Origin: the human T2T-CHM13v2.0 reference genome, Homo sapiens
Assembly (NCBI RefSeq): GCF_009914755.1
Contig: NC_060931.1
Length of the DNA: 64,000 nt
Reading direction: 5' to 3' (one strand)
Below the pieces are notes generated by a model, which saw only the letters and a program-made list of their open reading frames with translations, made no database searches and was not told the origin of the DNA. The translations under genes were made by a program, and so were the position numbers. Below are positions 40,901-55,439 of this stretch, piece after piece. Positions within the stretch are counted from its first letter, which is position 1. The number at the start of each line of letters is the position of its first letter.

Positions 40901-41859
40901 ATGGGGCAAGAGTGTAGTGGAAGAAAGAGACACAGAACAAAGCTCTGAGGAGACGAGTTCTTATATTTAGAGATTAGAGGTGGAAAAAGCCTCCCCCACT
41001 TTATCCTACCTCACCCCATCCCCTAAAAACAAGTGAAAGAATATGGTGTCAAAAAAGACAACAGAAGAGAAAGAAAAGAATCCCTCAAGGAGAGACTAGA
41101 AGACACTTTTCAAAAGTTTCTGAGCAATTAAATGACAATTGAAGCATCCATTGGCAACATGGTGGCCACTGGTGACTTTAGCAATAGCAATTTCTTTGAA
41201 GCTGGGCAAGTTAGATAGTAAAGGTGGCATGATGAAACTGAGTACAGGAAGTGAAGACTGACTCATCAACCCTTGGAGAGTATGATTGTGAGAAGCAGAG
41301 AGACAGAAGTAGTTATCCAGAGAAAAAATATGAAATCAAGAGACTTTTTTTTCTTGTAGAAATTACTGGAATCGATTTTAAAGTTAATGAGAAGAGTTTA
41401 TTAGTGAGACTGGTTCAAACTTCAGGAGAGAGAAGCTGAGTAGTGTTTTAAACTCCTTAGAAAAGAGGGAGAGATAAGTCCCAGAAAGTCTGTGAGGGCC
41501 AAAATTAATCTTAAGGATGGATACAGATGCAAGTAGTTTTGTGGATTTAGTGTTTAGGAAATGGAGGATGTCTGGTTGATTACTTCTGTTTTCTCAATGA
41601 TGTATAAGTCTTAGTGATGAACTGAGAGTTGAGTTAGGAGGAAATGATGGGGGAAGAGGGAAATAACAGTGTGAATATATGAAAAAATTACCTAAAAATG
41701 TGGTGAAGTGATCTCACTAAAGACATAGTAAAAACAGCAGAGTTAAAAGCCAATTGCATATTACTATTCATTAACTTAGAGCTACAACAATCAGCTTCCT
41801 CTTAATTATTAATTTATAGACTAAGGAATCTAAAGGACAAATAATCATATTCTTACACA

Positions 41860-42060
41860 TTTGAGTTAGATAGACCTGCATCCTCATTCAGTTTCTGAGC
41901 TATGTGTCTTCACTGTGTAGTGAATCATTAAATCTATCTGAGCCTCACTTTCCTTTCTCATGAAAAGTAGATAATATCTCCCACTTCACAGAGCATTAGC
42001 ATTTAAAGAAATAGCATGTGCACAGTACATAACAAATAAGAGACTCTCAATAATGGTTAT
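41860..42060 (+). mobile_element. MIR
   Basis: TCTGAGCCTCACTTTCCTTTCTCATGAAAAG..CACTTCACAGAG..CTCAATAATGG. Confidence 0.7.
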
Positions 42061-42511
42061 TTTCTCTTTGCTTTTACAAGTAGAATTGCTTTTATTAGTA
42101 GAATTGAAATTGGACATATATACAGTACATATACGGGGGAAAAGATTGGAAATCTAAACTCTTTTAGAGGAGTATGTGGGTGGCTTAATATAAAATTCAT
42201 AATTGTGTTATTTTTGGACTCTGCTGACACAAAAAATCTAAAAGAAAAAATTCAAGGGAAATCTTTGGTGATGCAAAAGAGGAAAATATAGCAAGCTTTG
42301 TACTGTGTATGTTTTTAAAGTTAAGATTTTGAATTTGGTTTATTATCTTATTCTTGTTAAGAAAGTTCCTTCAAGTGAATTTTCTATTCTCTTTCTTTTC
42401 ACTTATGATTTTAAAATATCTTTTAGTATTGAGACTGGCAGGTTAGGTGAAAATAAAGATAGATTCTATCCATAGGGATAGAATCTTCTCAATATGAAAT
42501 AATGTAAAATG

Positions 42512-43104
42512 CTATGATAGATCCTATTTTCCAAGAATGATGATACGATATCTTTCATCTCACATGGTCTTCAGGAACACTGTTATACTTCTTCAGCAGG
42601 TGGTGTCTATGGCTTCTCCCCTTGCACTTAATACCTTTGTGACTTTCTGAAGCTATACCTTATAGCAGAAGTGATGCTCTGCATGTACATCATAAATTGT
42701 CACACACTTCAGCCTTTCTTTCTTGGGATACTTGTTCTTGGAAGCTTGCCAACATATCCAAAGAATGCTCAAAGTAGCTCATGTGAAGAGATCACTTGAA
42801 GAAGCCATGTATAAGTGTAACAGGAAACAGCCCAGATGAAGTCACAGTCAGCAAGCCAGCTTCCACCCCCAAACATGAGTAAAGACGCCTTCAGATGATT
42901 GCAGCCCAAGCTGTCTGCCTAGTAGCCCCATTCTCCAACCTTGAAGTTTTCTCAGCTGAGCTACCAGGATACCATAGAACAGAAACAAGCCAATTCTACT
43001 ATGCCCATTCTGAATTCCTGGCCTACCAAATCTATAAACACAGTAAAACGATTATTTTACAGCACTAATTATTGGTAGTTGGTTATGCAATAGTAACTAC
43101 AACA
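42512..43104 (+). mobile_element. MLT1G-like MaLR solo LTR
   Basis: GCAGAAGTGATGCT..GCCTTCAGATGATTGCAGCCC..TGAATTCCTGGCCTAC..ATAGTAACTACAACA. Confidence 0.8.
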
Positions 43105-44600
43105 AGTTACTTCAGGTAACATTTGACACATATAAAATGAAATTAAAATACTGTTACTATTCCAGTTATTATTATTATATTTTAACATATGCTGAAAGAA
43201 GTATATGTGTGTGTATGTTTAACTCTTAATTTATTAAGTTATTATTGTTACCATTTTTACATTTTAGCATATGCTGAAAGAAGTGTGTGTGTGTGTGTTT
43301 GTGTGTGTGTGTTTAATTTAATTTACCATTCTTACATTATATAGCCAGGTGCATATTGTTTATCAATTCTCATCTCCCTCTGAAGTGAATAATAAGGAAG
43401 GGCTTTGGTAGTTGAATATAAATATTTAATCCAAGTTTTCTTCTTGCTTTGGACTTTGCAAAGAGGAATAGCTAAAATAGTGAAAGTCAAAAAAAAAAAA
43501 AAAAAAAAAAAAACAGAAATCAAGCATAGTACACTGGAAAAAGAAAAAGGTTCTAAGCCCAGAAAAAGAAAAGATCCATTTTGTAGGACATGTTTTGTTA
43601 TTTTTGTTATATTTGTTTTTGTCTTTCATAAAAATTTTCCTAATACAAATATGAGCCCAAACGAAGAGGAGAAAAATGACTACGAATAAAGGATAACTCT
43701 TTCCTTCCCCGCCAGGATAGAATACCGATTAAAGAAGAATGCAGTTGAATGGCTTTCTCAATCTATCTGACCTGGGGCTTTTTCAACAGAAACAGATATT
43801 TCCTAGAATGTTGATTATTGCAAATTGATAAATTTATCTTTATTTTCCATCCCCAGCTTAAGAAAACAGAAACTTACTAAAAATAATTTTCCAGTGAAAA
43901 ACTCCTTTCCCAAGGACACTATGATATAATACATATTCTGACTTTGTATTGAATTAGGAATTCATGTGCTAACCAATTATACAATTTTTTCTATTAATTA
44001 AAAAATTATAAATTCAGTAACGAGCACTTCCTGGAAACTGATGATTGCGGGCAAAGAACTAATATCTTTCAAACCTTTAATCCCTGGAAAATAATCTACT
44101 CTAATGCTGTTATTCAACCTCAAAACAGAGTACAAAATTGCCTAAGGAAAATCACTATTGAAGCACGCGAGGGACTTTTTTACCAAACGATATTTGATGT
44201 CTGCACTGAGAAACAAATAATGCTTGTAGTAAATTCACAGTATAAAAACAGAGAAATGGACTCAATTTACACAGCATAGATGTCACCAATAGAAAAATAC
44301 ATATTTTGACTGTATATGCTTTTATTTTCTTCTGAAAGCATTGCCTTATACCTTTCATGTACATACTGGCTCACCAAATATACCACTAAGAAACATTTAC
44401 AATATCATTTTCTCACTTGTTTTCTGTATTGTTGCTACTACTAAAATCTATAATATTGCCTTTTTCTGCTTGATAGAATATTAAGTGTGCTTTGTTTAAA
44501 AATTATACATGACTAGGAATGTTTAAGCCATAAATTGCAAACACTTTTAGAAGTGAGTTTAAAACATTTTTGAAATATAATTATTCTTTAAAATTTATCA

Positions 44601-44930
<330 letters not shown>

Positions 44931-45382
44931 TCACATGACATTCTATTAGTAAAATATATTTTGCTTTTATCCCTCTGGTCATTGAATTACTTCACACCTT
45001 TATCACATCTTGCCTGACTCATTAGCAGTAAGCTCCCTTTATTTCATTATCTGCGGTAAGATCAACATACTGTTTCCAAAAGTCTATCTGCATATGATTT
45101 CCTCATCTGGCATCTTTTAATAATTTTATATTACCCATAGGATTATATGCGATTTGCAAAGTTAAACGTATATAATTTAGCCATACACTCTGAACTGATT
45201 AGCATGTGACATTTCAGTAAGGTAACTCTGGAGCTTAATCTGCCTAAAACTGTCACTTTGACATTTAAATTCTTTATACCTGATTCTCATGGTGAGCAAA
45301 AGGATAATATAAATGATCTCAGGAGGACTAAATCTGTTGTGTAAGACACTTAATACCTGCCACAACGTTTATTATAGTAGAT

Positions 45383-45742
45383 CAGCAGTCCCCAACCTTT
45401 TTGGCACCAGGGACCGGTTTCGTGAAAGACAATTTTTCCATGGACGAGGGGTGGAGGCAGGTGGTTATGGAGTGGGGGAGATGGTTTTGGGATGAAACTG
45501 TTCCACCTCAGATCATCAGGCATTAGATTCTCATAAGGAGTACATAACCTAGATTCTTCACATACACAGTTCACAGTAGGGTTTGTGCTCCTATGAGAAT
45601 CTAATGCGGCTGCTGATCTAACAGGAGGCGGAGCTCAGGTGGTAACACTTCCTGGCCCACTGCTCACCTCCTGCTGTGCAGCCCAGTTCCTAACATGCCA
45701 CAGACCAGTACTGGTATGAGGCCTGTGGGCTGGGGACCCCTG
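45383..45742 (+). mobile_element. MER1B hAT/Charlie DNA transposon
   Basis: TIRs CAGCAGTCCCCAACC...GGGGACCCCTG; perfect 8 bp TSD TAGTAGAT. Confidence 0.95.
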
Positions 45743-46994
45743 TAGTAGATGACTGAACTGAAAGAGGGGTTGTTAGTACGAGCTATGATTTTCTTTTTAA
45801 TCTATAGAAGTTTATCCACAGAATTACAAAATAACTGATTGATTAATAAAATTGGTCTACTCTGTGTTACGTGGCCTATATGAAGGGAAATAGACACGTA
45901 ATAGCTCTTAAAACCAAAGAATGATTTAAAAAAATGAACAAATTCTGAACTGGAATAATTGCATGATGAGATGTAATGCATTCAAGAGAACCCAAGAGAC
46001 ACCCTTCAAATGAACAGAAACTCTAAAAAAACTGAACCATATTATAAAGGCTCTAATGTAGGTTTCTAAAAAAAGCTACTAGAAATAAATTACTCCTTTT
46101 TAAGACAAATTCAAGGTGTGAAATGAGGTTGTAATATTTTAAATTAGGTCTATCTCAAAAAAAGATTGGTGAACAGCAGCAGCTGTTTGGAGATCAGCAG
46201 AGAAATAGCATGCCTCAGCCTCTCCTGGTTAGAATGAACTAAATTTAGCAACACTTGGAAATCCAGGGAGAGCCTAAATCACACAGTGACATTGACTTTC
46301 AACTAACAGATTCCTTCTTCAAGGTTCCTTCAGAGACAAAATATATATCCCTTCTACTTAGGTATATAGTTTTAATCTTGAGGTATTTATTATAAATATG
46401 TGCTACATATAACATAGTAGGACATACTAGAAAAAAGATCTAGAACTGAAAATTTGATTACATAAGTCTGTATTTGCATTGACCAACAGACATAGCTGAC
46501 CTCCAACCCAAATAAGCACACGTGCATTCACACACAAACACACACCCACACACAATACATACATACCCCCATGCATATGCACACATTTTGTCAGATGCTG
46601 ATTCAGCATTTTGCCTTCCTAGGTTATAGGTGAGTAAGTTCTTTAAGGAAAGTCTCAGTTATTGCTTTACTTACCAAAAATTCTTTTGATCATAATGTTT
46701 TTGGAAAGCCCAGATTCTTTTCATATTTAATTTCTTGTCCTCATTTTCATTCCTAAATATTAACACCTTATTTGATGTGGATTAGATAGGACTTTTGATA
46801 TAATTTCAATTCTATTTCTGTAAAGAGCAACTCATATATATCTTTGAAAAATATTTATCCTGATTAACTTATCATAAATAATAGAAACATAAAACTTTAA
46901 CATGAAGTATGTAGGACACACTATATTAAAATATTGCTACTTTTCTAGTAATACTAGTAGTATTTAGTGACAATATGCTAATTTAGATAATGTG

Positions 46995-47034
<40 letters not shown>

Positions 47035-47914
47035 AATAATTAACATACTCCTAAACCTCTACAGTGCACTTGAATTTTGAAGCACATATGCCTATCAAGT
47101 TTAATGACAGATAAAATCAGATCTAAAAGTCAGATATAAGTCTAATGGCATTAAGAATACTTTTTATAAGGAACCCATAAGTGAATCACTTTCAACTTAT
47201 GAATGTTTCCTTATTAGTCTCCTGAGGCTTATTTCTAAGAGTCGTAAAATTCCAGATTAAAATTTGAAAACTACCTCAGTAGAACAGAAAACACAAAGAT
47301 CCTGAACTATCCTTTGAAATAAGATTCTCATTGAAATACAAAAATAAAAGTATACAACTATGATTGATGTTTTTTCAATTGGTAAGCCTATATTTTATTC
47401 CACATTCACAGAAAACTCACCTTTTAAATTCCAGATGTTAATACCACTGTTTATTATTTCTATGCTTCTTTTATTCTTTTACTGAATGTGAAATATATAT
47501 AGTATCCACACATTATAGTACCATTTTACATGTTTGAACTTTTATAAAACTTGTATCAGATGGCCTTTTAATGCAACTTGCATTTTTTACTCAAGTTTTT
47601 CAGATGTATTCATATTAGTGCACGTGGCTCTGTCTCATTGATGTCACTGCTGTAGAGTAAAAGTATTCATTGTGTGTGTGTGTATATATATATAAAATTT
47701 ATTCATCTAGTATTCTATTAATGAAGATTTAGGCTTTATTTTTAATTTTTCATTATTAAAACCAATAATGCAAAAACATACCCACACTTCTCTTGGACAC
47801 ATTATTATGCATTGTATTACTGGGTTTTAGGGTATGCTTTATTATAGGCTGCCAAATTCCTCCCAAACTGGACTTACTTTAGTCAGCTTCTTAAGTATTT
47901 GCCCATAAATGAGT

Positions 47915-48215
47915 ATGGGGAACACACCTTAGGGTAAGCACCCATGAGTCACCCCTAACCTCAGCTCCCCTCCCCTTGCATGTGGGTAAAACCTGAAACA
48001 TGTTCCTGACCAATAGAACATGGCAACATGAATGGGATGTCATTCCCTACATTAGATGACATTATATGTCCAACCTCAGGTGCAATCAAAATTCCTAGTC
48101 AGTTGACTTTAAGTTCATCGAAAGAAGCTTATTCTGGGTGAACTCCATCTAGTAGATGAATTTTTAAAAATAAGGTCTAGAGGTAAGAGAATTGAAGCAG
48201 CAAGGAAGATCTCTC

Positions 48216-48246
<31 letters not shown>

Positions 48247-48266
48247 TCCACCCAACCCCCTGCTGT

Positions 48267-48321
<55 letters not shown>

Positions 48322-48598
48322 GCTGGCACTGAAGGAGCAGGCTTCTATGAATTCCACAGGTTCAAGGGAATACATTCTGTCAACAACCTGAAGGACCCCC
48401 AAAGTGGATCTTTCTCTAGTCAAACTTTCAGATGAGAATACAACCCACAGACACTTCGATTTCAACCTTGTGAGACGTTAAGCAGAGAATTCACCTACAC
48501 CAGGCTCAGATTCCTGATCTACAGAAACTGAAATAATAAATAGCGGATGTTCGAAGCTGCAAAATTTGTGGTAATTTGTTAAAACATAAAGTAATAGA
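47915..48598 (+). mobile_element. MLT1E-like MaLR LTR containing (CT)n and (TG)n
   Basis: CCCCTTGCATGTGGG..CCAATAGAACATGGCAA..CAGATGAGAA..CCTTGTGAGAC..AATTTGTGGTAATTTGTTA. Confidence 0.8.
48210..48319. repeat. Compound (CT)n and (TG)n microsatellites
   Basis: CT run at 48210-48246; TG run at 48265-48319. Confidence 0.97.
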
Positions 48599-49869
48599 AT
48601 GTTTATGAGATGGCATCTTATTTTTGTTTTATTTTCCATATTTAAAATTCTAAAACACTAAACATATTTTTATGTGCTTTTTGAAACATCAAATATTCTG
48701 TTCAATAAACTGCCTATTTATATCATTTTTCCATGTTTCTTTTGGAATGCTTTCCTTTTTCTTTTTTATATATAGGGGTTTTTCATATATAGCTTCTTTG
48801 TTTAAAGCATTTTTCAGTTGGTGGTACTAGTTGGTGCCTTTTTTGTTAGGATTTTAAATTTTACTTTATTTAAATGTATCAATACATATTTTATAATTTA
48901 TTATACACTTTTTTCATACCACATTCAGTTTTAACTATCTCAGTTAAGAAACATGAAGTCTAGAAAATATGTGTCCAATGTGAATGTATCTTTGGCCATA
49001 TGGATAATTATTTATTTGACTGGTGAACCTTTATAATTAATGCTCAAAGGATAGTAGTTCTCAGCCATTATTAAGGCTTATATTCCAGTCACATATAACA
49101 GCATTTTTCATTGTAATGCAAATGGATATTCATGACAGGAGTGAGGAACGGGTATTTGATGGTAAAATTGTTTTCCAATATTAACAATCAGCAGTTTAAA
49201 AACATACCCTGGAACCAATTTTAGGGCTTCTCTTTTGCTTTAAATTGCCACAATACAATGCTGCTTCACTGGAAACAGCCAGTATTTCAACGTATTTATG
49301 TTCTTGCCACAACCAAATTGTCTACAGCAGATATCTATGTTCAAGAATGACTACAATTTAACTGTAGGCCTTTGAAAATAAATAGTAATACACATCAAAG
49401 AAAAATTATGAACATACTTTTCTCTTACTTATTTTAGGATATGAATGTATTTCTTCTGAGAAAATAAAATAGAAAATATGTACAGAAAAATATGAATATA
49501 TGAAAAAGCAATGAAAGACTTTTGTGAAAGGGTACAGTAACCTCCATATTTGATTAAGATATTGCCCTGTGGAGCAGGAACAAACAAGATTTGTTAAGTG
49601 GGATGGCAGCTTCAAAGGGTTATGCAGTAATTACTGGGTCTGCAGAAGGTGGATTATCATTAGGTGGCAGAGCACCGTGAGGGATATTAAGTTGTCACGG
49701 TGTCAAATGGCAAGAGATCAAGGAGTAAAGGAAAAGAGAAAGATCAACCAGATCAGCAGAAAGCCGAGATATGAGTAGGAGCTTTAGGTAATTGACCAAA
49801 ATATAGAGACAAAGTAAATCATCAAGGCAGTTGATAAAGACTAGCCAGCAAAACAGATTACAGATATTC

Positions 49870-50420
49870 TAACCAAACATTTATTGAGTGACAAGTGCAT
49901 GTCACTGTCATAGGTTCCGGGAAAAGTAAACATGATTAAGCAGTGCCTCAGATTTCAATAATCTCAGTCTATTAGGGAAAACAGACAAACATATTCATCT
50001 TCATATGAGACAGCTTGATAAATAACAGAATGCTTGGGAAGCATAGAGGTGAAAGTGTGATTCTAACTGGAGTCAGTAGAGAAACCAAGAAAGAGGAAGT
50101 GGAATCAAAGTCTGACCTGGGATTATGTGTTGTTCACCAGGAGCAAAAGAGAGAACAGGAGAGAAGGCAAATTCCAGGCAGCAGAAATGTCATGATCAGT
50201 AATCAAGAAATGATCGAGGCAGAGAGTATGGGGTGTGGGTGGATGTTGGAAATAGAAACTGAAGTCTGGGAAAAAAAGCAGTTTGTACCTGGACAAAAGA
50301 CCTGAATATCAAGAAAAGAGGAAGGTAAAAAGGGAGGCAGAGTCAAAGTCTGAGGCTCCTTTGTCAGTCTCAGTAATGAGATTTGATTTCCCAGTTATAT
50401 GTGAAAGCCACAAAATGTTA
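49870..50420 (-). mobile_element. L2 3' portion
   Basis: CAAACATTTATTGAGTG..; ATTCCAGGCAGCAGAAA. Confidence 0.7.
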
Positions 50421-52479
50421 TTACTTCATTAGATATATTTGTTCAGAGTCAGAAACGGACTATATAGGTGAGTCAGAAAGAAGATAAGAAAATGACTTCA
50501 AAAGGTGAAGCAGAGAGCTCAAGTACAGGGGAACACTGCACTCTATAGAATGTGCAAGAGTGACAGAGGTAACTAGTGGGTTACAATAGATATAGAAGCA
50601 ATGGCATAAAAGAAAAAGCTGAGAATGGGAGAAAATACACATTTTCAGGGTTTTCGTTTTCCTTGTTGTTGGAATTCACAAATTTTCTTTTCCATTCTCT
50701 ATCCAACCCTCTGAAAGTAACTACATTATCTTGATGCAACATTTACTTCGGAACTTTAATTATGAAACTTACCTGTTGTTTAATAAATATTTTCCTATCT
50801 CCCCGTACCTCCTTCCCTGACTAAATGCAAATATCTGAAATGCATAACTGTGCGTCTCACAATAGCTTGTGTTAAAGCCAATGATCCCATCTATGTTATA
50901 ATGTCACTTTATAATACACAACATGGGCAGTTGATTGGACACAGCACCAACTTTCACCGAAGTTGTACCCAAAGCCCAGAAATAAAAAGTTAGGCAATAT
51001 GACCCAGAAAGTTTTCTTCTTAAGAAATAAGAAGCAATTTGATGATACCTACTTACTTATTTTTCACTGTTGAAAACAAAACGACAAAAAGAAAACAGTT
51101 TCTTTAAGCACTGAAATAATGGAAAAAGCAGCTCTGTATTTTCATACTTACATGATACACTCTAACAACAATATGCCAAGTATTTTCCTTGTTCAATACT
51201 GTCTTTGACTAAAAAGGACAGCATAATATAAACTTAAAATATCTACCATTTTAGAAATTGTGAAATTTCAGAGCATAAATCACTTACTTAAAAATATTTT
51301 AGATTTCAAATCTATAAAGAAGTAAGCATTTTCTTACAAAAATTTATTTCATTCTTTCTAATTCATCACCTGCCTTGTAACATAAGTGTTTCTTAGATCA
51401 AATTTGAATTTTGATGACAATTGCATACATTCACGTCTTCCATTGTTTATTTCTTTTGTATGTGTGCTCGACGCCTAACAAATTAATATTCAGGAAATTA
51501 TTTCATGAAGGGCAGACAAAACCCAAGATAAGTAGGTAAGGAAAAGAGGATTTTAAAAATGGTATTTTACTGTAATTTCCCAAAGATATATGCTCCATTC
51601 TGTTTTTGTCACCTCTTATAAATGAATAATATGTAAATCCTAAGAGACGAGTATTTCAGTGGCCGAACATTTATCTAGAGAAAAATTTTAATTAGATGAT
51701 TTTTACTGTTAGTTAGTTATTGATTTTGGAGTTTCAAAGCACACAGTTATACTATGTTTAGAGGATTGTAATAAGAACCTCCTTGGCTTGAGTCTTTCCC
51801 TAGGGCATTAAGTTGTTCATGTATATTTTCAGGGGGTCTTTGAACAACCTGATTTTATGTGAAAAACTGTATAAATATGGATGCATACCTAGAAAATTTA
51901 TAGATTTTGTGACATTTTCTTAGGAAAATACAATTATAAATATTAAGATAATAGATTTTTCTGAGAATTAAAGAAGACACAATGTATGTCCTTCATAAAC
52001 ACTGCATGCCACACTATATCCCTGGCAATTAGTTGTTATTAATAATCACTTTCTTAGCAGTGATGTAAGAGATCAATATAGGGAGAATTCAGACTCAGAA
52101 TGCAAAACCTAAGTGATTTTCACACAATCTCTTTGTATTTCCAGGTATCTGGCATATGTGTGTAATAAATCCTAGACCACTGAAATTCTCTGACCACCAT
52201 ACTTGGTATATAATTCATACTGTTTGAGTATTTTATATTTTATATTTCATATTCTCTAAACTTGAGGCATCCAATAAGATGTACAAAACTATTTCTGCTC
52301 AGTTATATGTTCAAAAAGAAAATACCGTTACTACATAGATTTTTTGAGTATAAAAACGTATTAAAATATTTGACTTTCAATATAATCCATATTTAAGAAG
52401 TTTCTGATATAGCTAAAAATAAAAACCAAAAAAATTGTTAGCAATAAGCTTTCAAATATAGTAAACATAGCTGATCTTT

Positions 52480-53165
52480 TTTTCATTATTTAAACATTTC
52501 ACTTGTGAAATACATTGTACATATAGGAAATGTATAGGATTATATAAAAAGTTGAAAGAAAAATAATAAAGTACCCTCCCTTGTACCTGCTATGCAGTTT
52601 ATGAAATAGAACATTACCAGCACATTAGATGCCTGTTTGCCTGTCTCTTAAAGCACTCCCTTTCACACTGTTTCTCATTATGTTTTTATGATTATCTATA
52701 TAGTTTTACCACCTATTATGGCCTGGCCTGTTTTGAACTTTACCGTGATGAAATCATACTCTATTTATTTGTCTGTGCTTGCTTCATTTCCTCAGTATTA
52801 TGTTTTTTGAGATTCATCTACATTGAGGCATAGAACTGAATTCCTTCATTTTCACTGCTGTGACAATTCCATTGTCTGAATACATCTTAATTATTCTCTT
52901 CTACTGTTGAAGGGCATTTGAGCTGCTTGCAAGATTTGTTCTTATGGAAATGCTGTTAGGAATATTCTTATACCTGTAAGGTGATGCGTCACCGTTTTCC
53001 AAAGAGTGTTTCTCATTTATATGACCACCAGCACTTACCACTGATCCACATTATCATCAATACTTGATAATATCTGACTTCTTATATTTAGTCAACATGA
53101 TCCATATGAAATGATACTGTGATTTTAAATTTTTGCTTCCTTAACTATTAATGAACTTGAGAATC
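52480..53165 (-). mobile_element. L1ME 3' region
   Basis: GAAATAGAACATTACCAGCAC, CCTGTTTTGAACTTTA, TTTGAGATTCATC, TTCATTTTCACTGCTG. Confidence 0.8.
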
Positions 53166-53169
53166 TTAT

Positions 53170-53435
53170 TTTCTTTCCCCCCCAGCTTCACCGAGGTAAA
53201 ATTGACAAATAAAAATTGTGTATACTCAAGGCATACAAGGAGATGATTTGATATGCATACACATAGTGAAATGATGACCACAATCAAATTAATTAACACA
53301 TTCATCACCAGACATAGTTACCACTGTGTGTACGTATGTGTATGTACATGATAGGGACACTAAATGTTACCCTCTTATCAAATTTCAAGTAAATAATCCA
53401 GTGTTCTTAACTATAATTACCATGCTGTACACTAC
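53170..53435 (-). mobile_element. L1MA9-like 3' end
   Basis: GAGGTAAAATTGACAAATAAAAATTG..AATTAACACATTCATCACC..CCATGCTGTACA. Confidence 0.85.
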
Positions 53436-53439
53436 AATA

Positions 53440-53710
53440 GCTGCTAATGATTTTTAAGTGTTCTCTATAACCTAAGTACATTTTTTAGAATTTATGTTTA
53501 TTTAGTGGTTATAACAACTTTCTGGGTGAGGTATTATAATAATATTATTTTCATCTTACAGATAAGAAAACTGACATGAAGAGTTTACATTATTTGCCAA
53601 AAGTCACACCGTTAATAAGCAATGAAGCCAGAATTCAAACTCTTGGAGTTCAATAAAGGAGCCTCAACTCTTAGCCAATTGTAATTACACTATACTCTGT
53701 TGCCTCCCTT
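53440..53710 (-). mobile_element. MIR
   Basis: TTACAGATAAGAAAACTGA..TTGCCAAAAGTCACAC..GCCAGAATTCAAAC. Confidence 0.8.
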
Positions 53711-54654
53711 ATATACGGACTAAATGTTTTTTGCTTGTACTTAAAAGTACAGAATTCAAAGCGAAAAAAGCCAAAAGAAAAGAATCAAGAACGCTTATAA
53801 CTTCTCTGTACAAATTGTTCACTGTTTTTTAACATATAATGCAACTTTACAACTTCATTCAACATTCACTATTTTGGATATTTGTGTTTTATTTCAGCCA
53901 CTTTAATTCTACTGTGTTAAACATATTATATAGCCACAAAATTTAGTATACTAACCTTTGATTTTTTTTCTCTGCTTTCCCTCTGAAATGATTATTTTAA
54001 ATGCCTTTCGACAGAACTCATTTTATATTAGATACTGTAAGAGGTCACAATAGCAACATTTGTATAAAAAGTCAGGAAATGTAAATTTGGTCATGGTGGA
54101 GGGCTGAAATTAAATGCTTGATATCATTTTTAATAATATTATTTTTAATTTATTTTTATGTGGTAGTTTAAAGTGCCAAACCATTTAAATTGTATCCCCT
54201 TAAATTTTAGAGATGTTGTGAAACTTTCCATATTTATTAAGCATTTGTAATTGTGTGTGTGTGAGTTTGTGTGTGAATTGTCTCTTCAAATTTTGAGTAT
54301 TTTCTACCAATTTTCTTAATATAATAGTTTATATTAGGTACTAACCATCTGTGTCTTTTATGTTTTATAAATATGTTTCTCATTTAGATTTAAAAATTAT
54401 TAGTCATATTTTTAAACTATGGTCAAGAAGGTAATAATATTTATATTAAAAATTAAATAATTTAAATTAACTATAAAACTAAAATTTCCCAATACACTAT
54501 TTGGAAAATTTCATCTTTATATTAATTCTAAACCACATCACTTTAATATAGGAGAAAGTAGAAAATCACTGTAAACATAATAGAGATGGGCATATACTAC
54601 ACACTTACAGTGCTACCTAAATAAGAATGCTGTAATATGAATTAAAATATAGTT

Positions 54655-54815
54655 TAAAGTTTTAAATTTATTTGTAATTGACAAATAATAATTGTGTATA
54701 TTTATGGGATATGATGAAATGTTTTGATCTACATGTACATTATAGAAAGATTCAGTTAAGCTAATTAACGCATCCATCACCACATCAACTTTTCATGTTT
54801 TTTGTGGTAAGAATG
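54655..54815 (-). mobile_element. L1MA 3' end fragment
   Basis: TAATTGACAAAATAATAATTGTGTATATTTATGGG..GCTAATTAACGCATCCATCACC. Confidence 0.8.
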
Positions 54816-54865
54816 ATTCTGGGGCAGTATATGTTAAATTAAAAAAAAATTAACTTAAAAATGGA

Positions 54866-55164
54866 GGCCGGGTGTGGTGGCTCATGTCTCTAATCCTGGC
54901 ACTTTGGGAGGCCTAGGAGGGTGGATCATGTGAGGTCAGGAGTTCGAGACCAGCCTGACCAACATGGAGAAACCCCATCTCTACTAAAAATACAAAATTA
55001 GCCAGGCGTGGTGGCACATGCCTGTAATCCCAGCTACTAGGGAGGCTGAGGCAGGAGAATCACTTGAACCCAGGAGGCAGAGGTTGCGATCAGCCAAGAT
55101 CATGCCATTGCACTCTCCAGTCTGGGCAACGGGAGCAAAACTCTGTTTCAAAAAAAAAAAAAAA
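54866..55164 (+). mobile_element. AluSp-like
   Basis: CCTGACCAACATGGAGAAACCCC and GCCATTGCAC diagnostics; A tail. Confidence 0.95.
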
Positions 55165-55439
55165 GGGAACATTGACACTGGAAAATTGAAATTATTGGAA
55201 AATTTATAACCAATTGTATTTGTTATTTTATAATTATATGATTTTTATTTTACATAATAGTTTCGTACAGATAACTTTCTGTGTTTTCCTAGTTGTGTTT
55301 AAATCACTTAAATAGCAGAATCTATGTCAAATATTCACCAAAAAACAATAAAAACAAACATACACATGCACATACAAACACACCCATGTAATCAGAGTAG
55401 AGCTAACTTAGTGGATCATATGAGCACTTGAAATGCACC

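Larger units (their letters stand above)
38530..41760 (-). mobile_element. Long L2, interrupted by LTR insertions
   Basis: Antisense L2 motifs at 38530-39560 resume at 40900-41760. Confidence 0.7.
47440..48920 (-). mobile_element. L1ME-type fragment, split by an MLT1E
   Basis: TTTGAACTTTATAAAA, TTCATTGTGTG..ATTTATTCATC, GATGGCATCTTATTTTTGTTTTATTTT. Confidence 0.6.
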
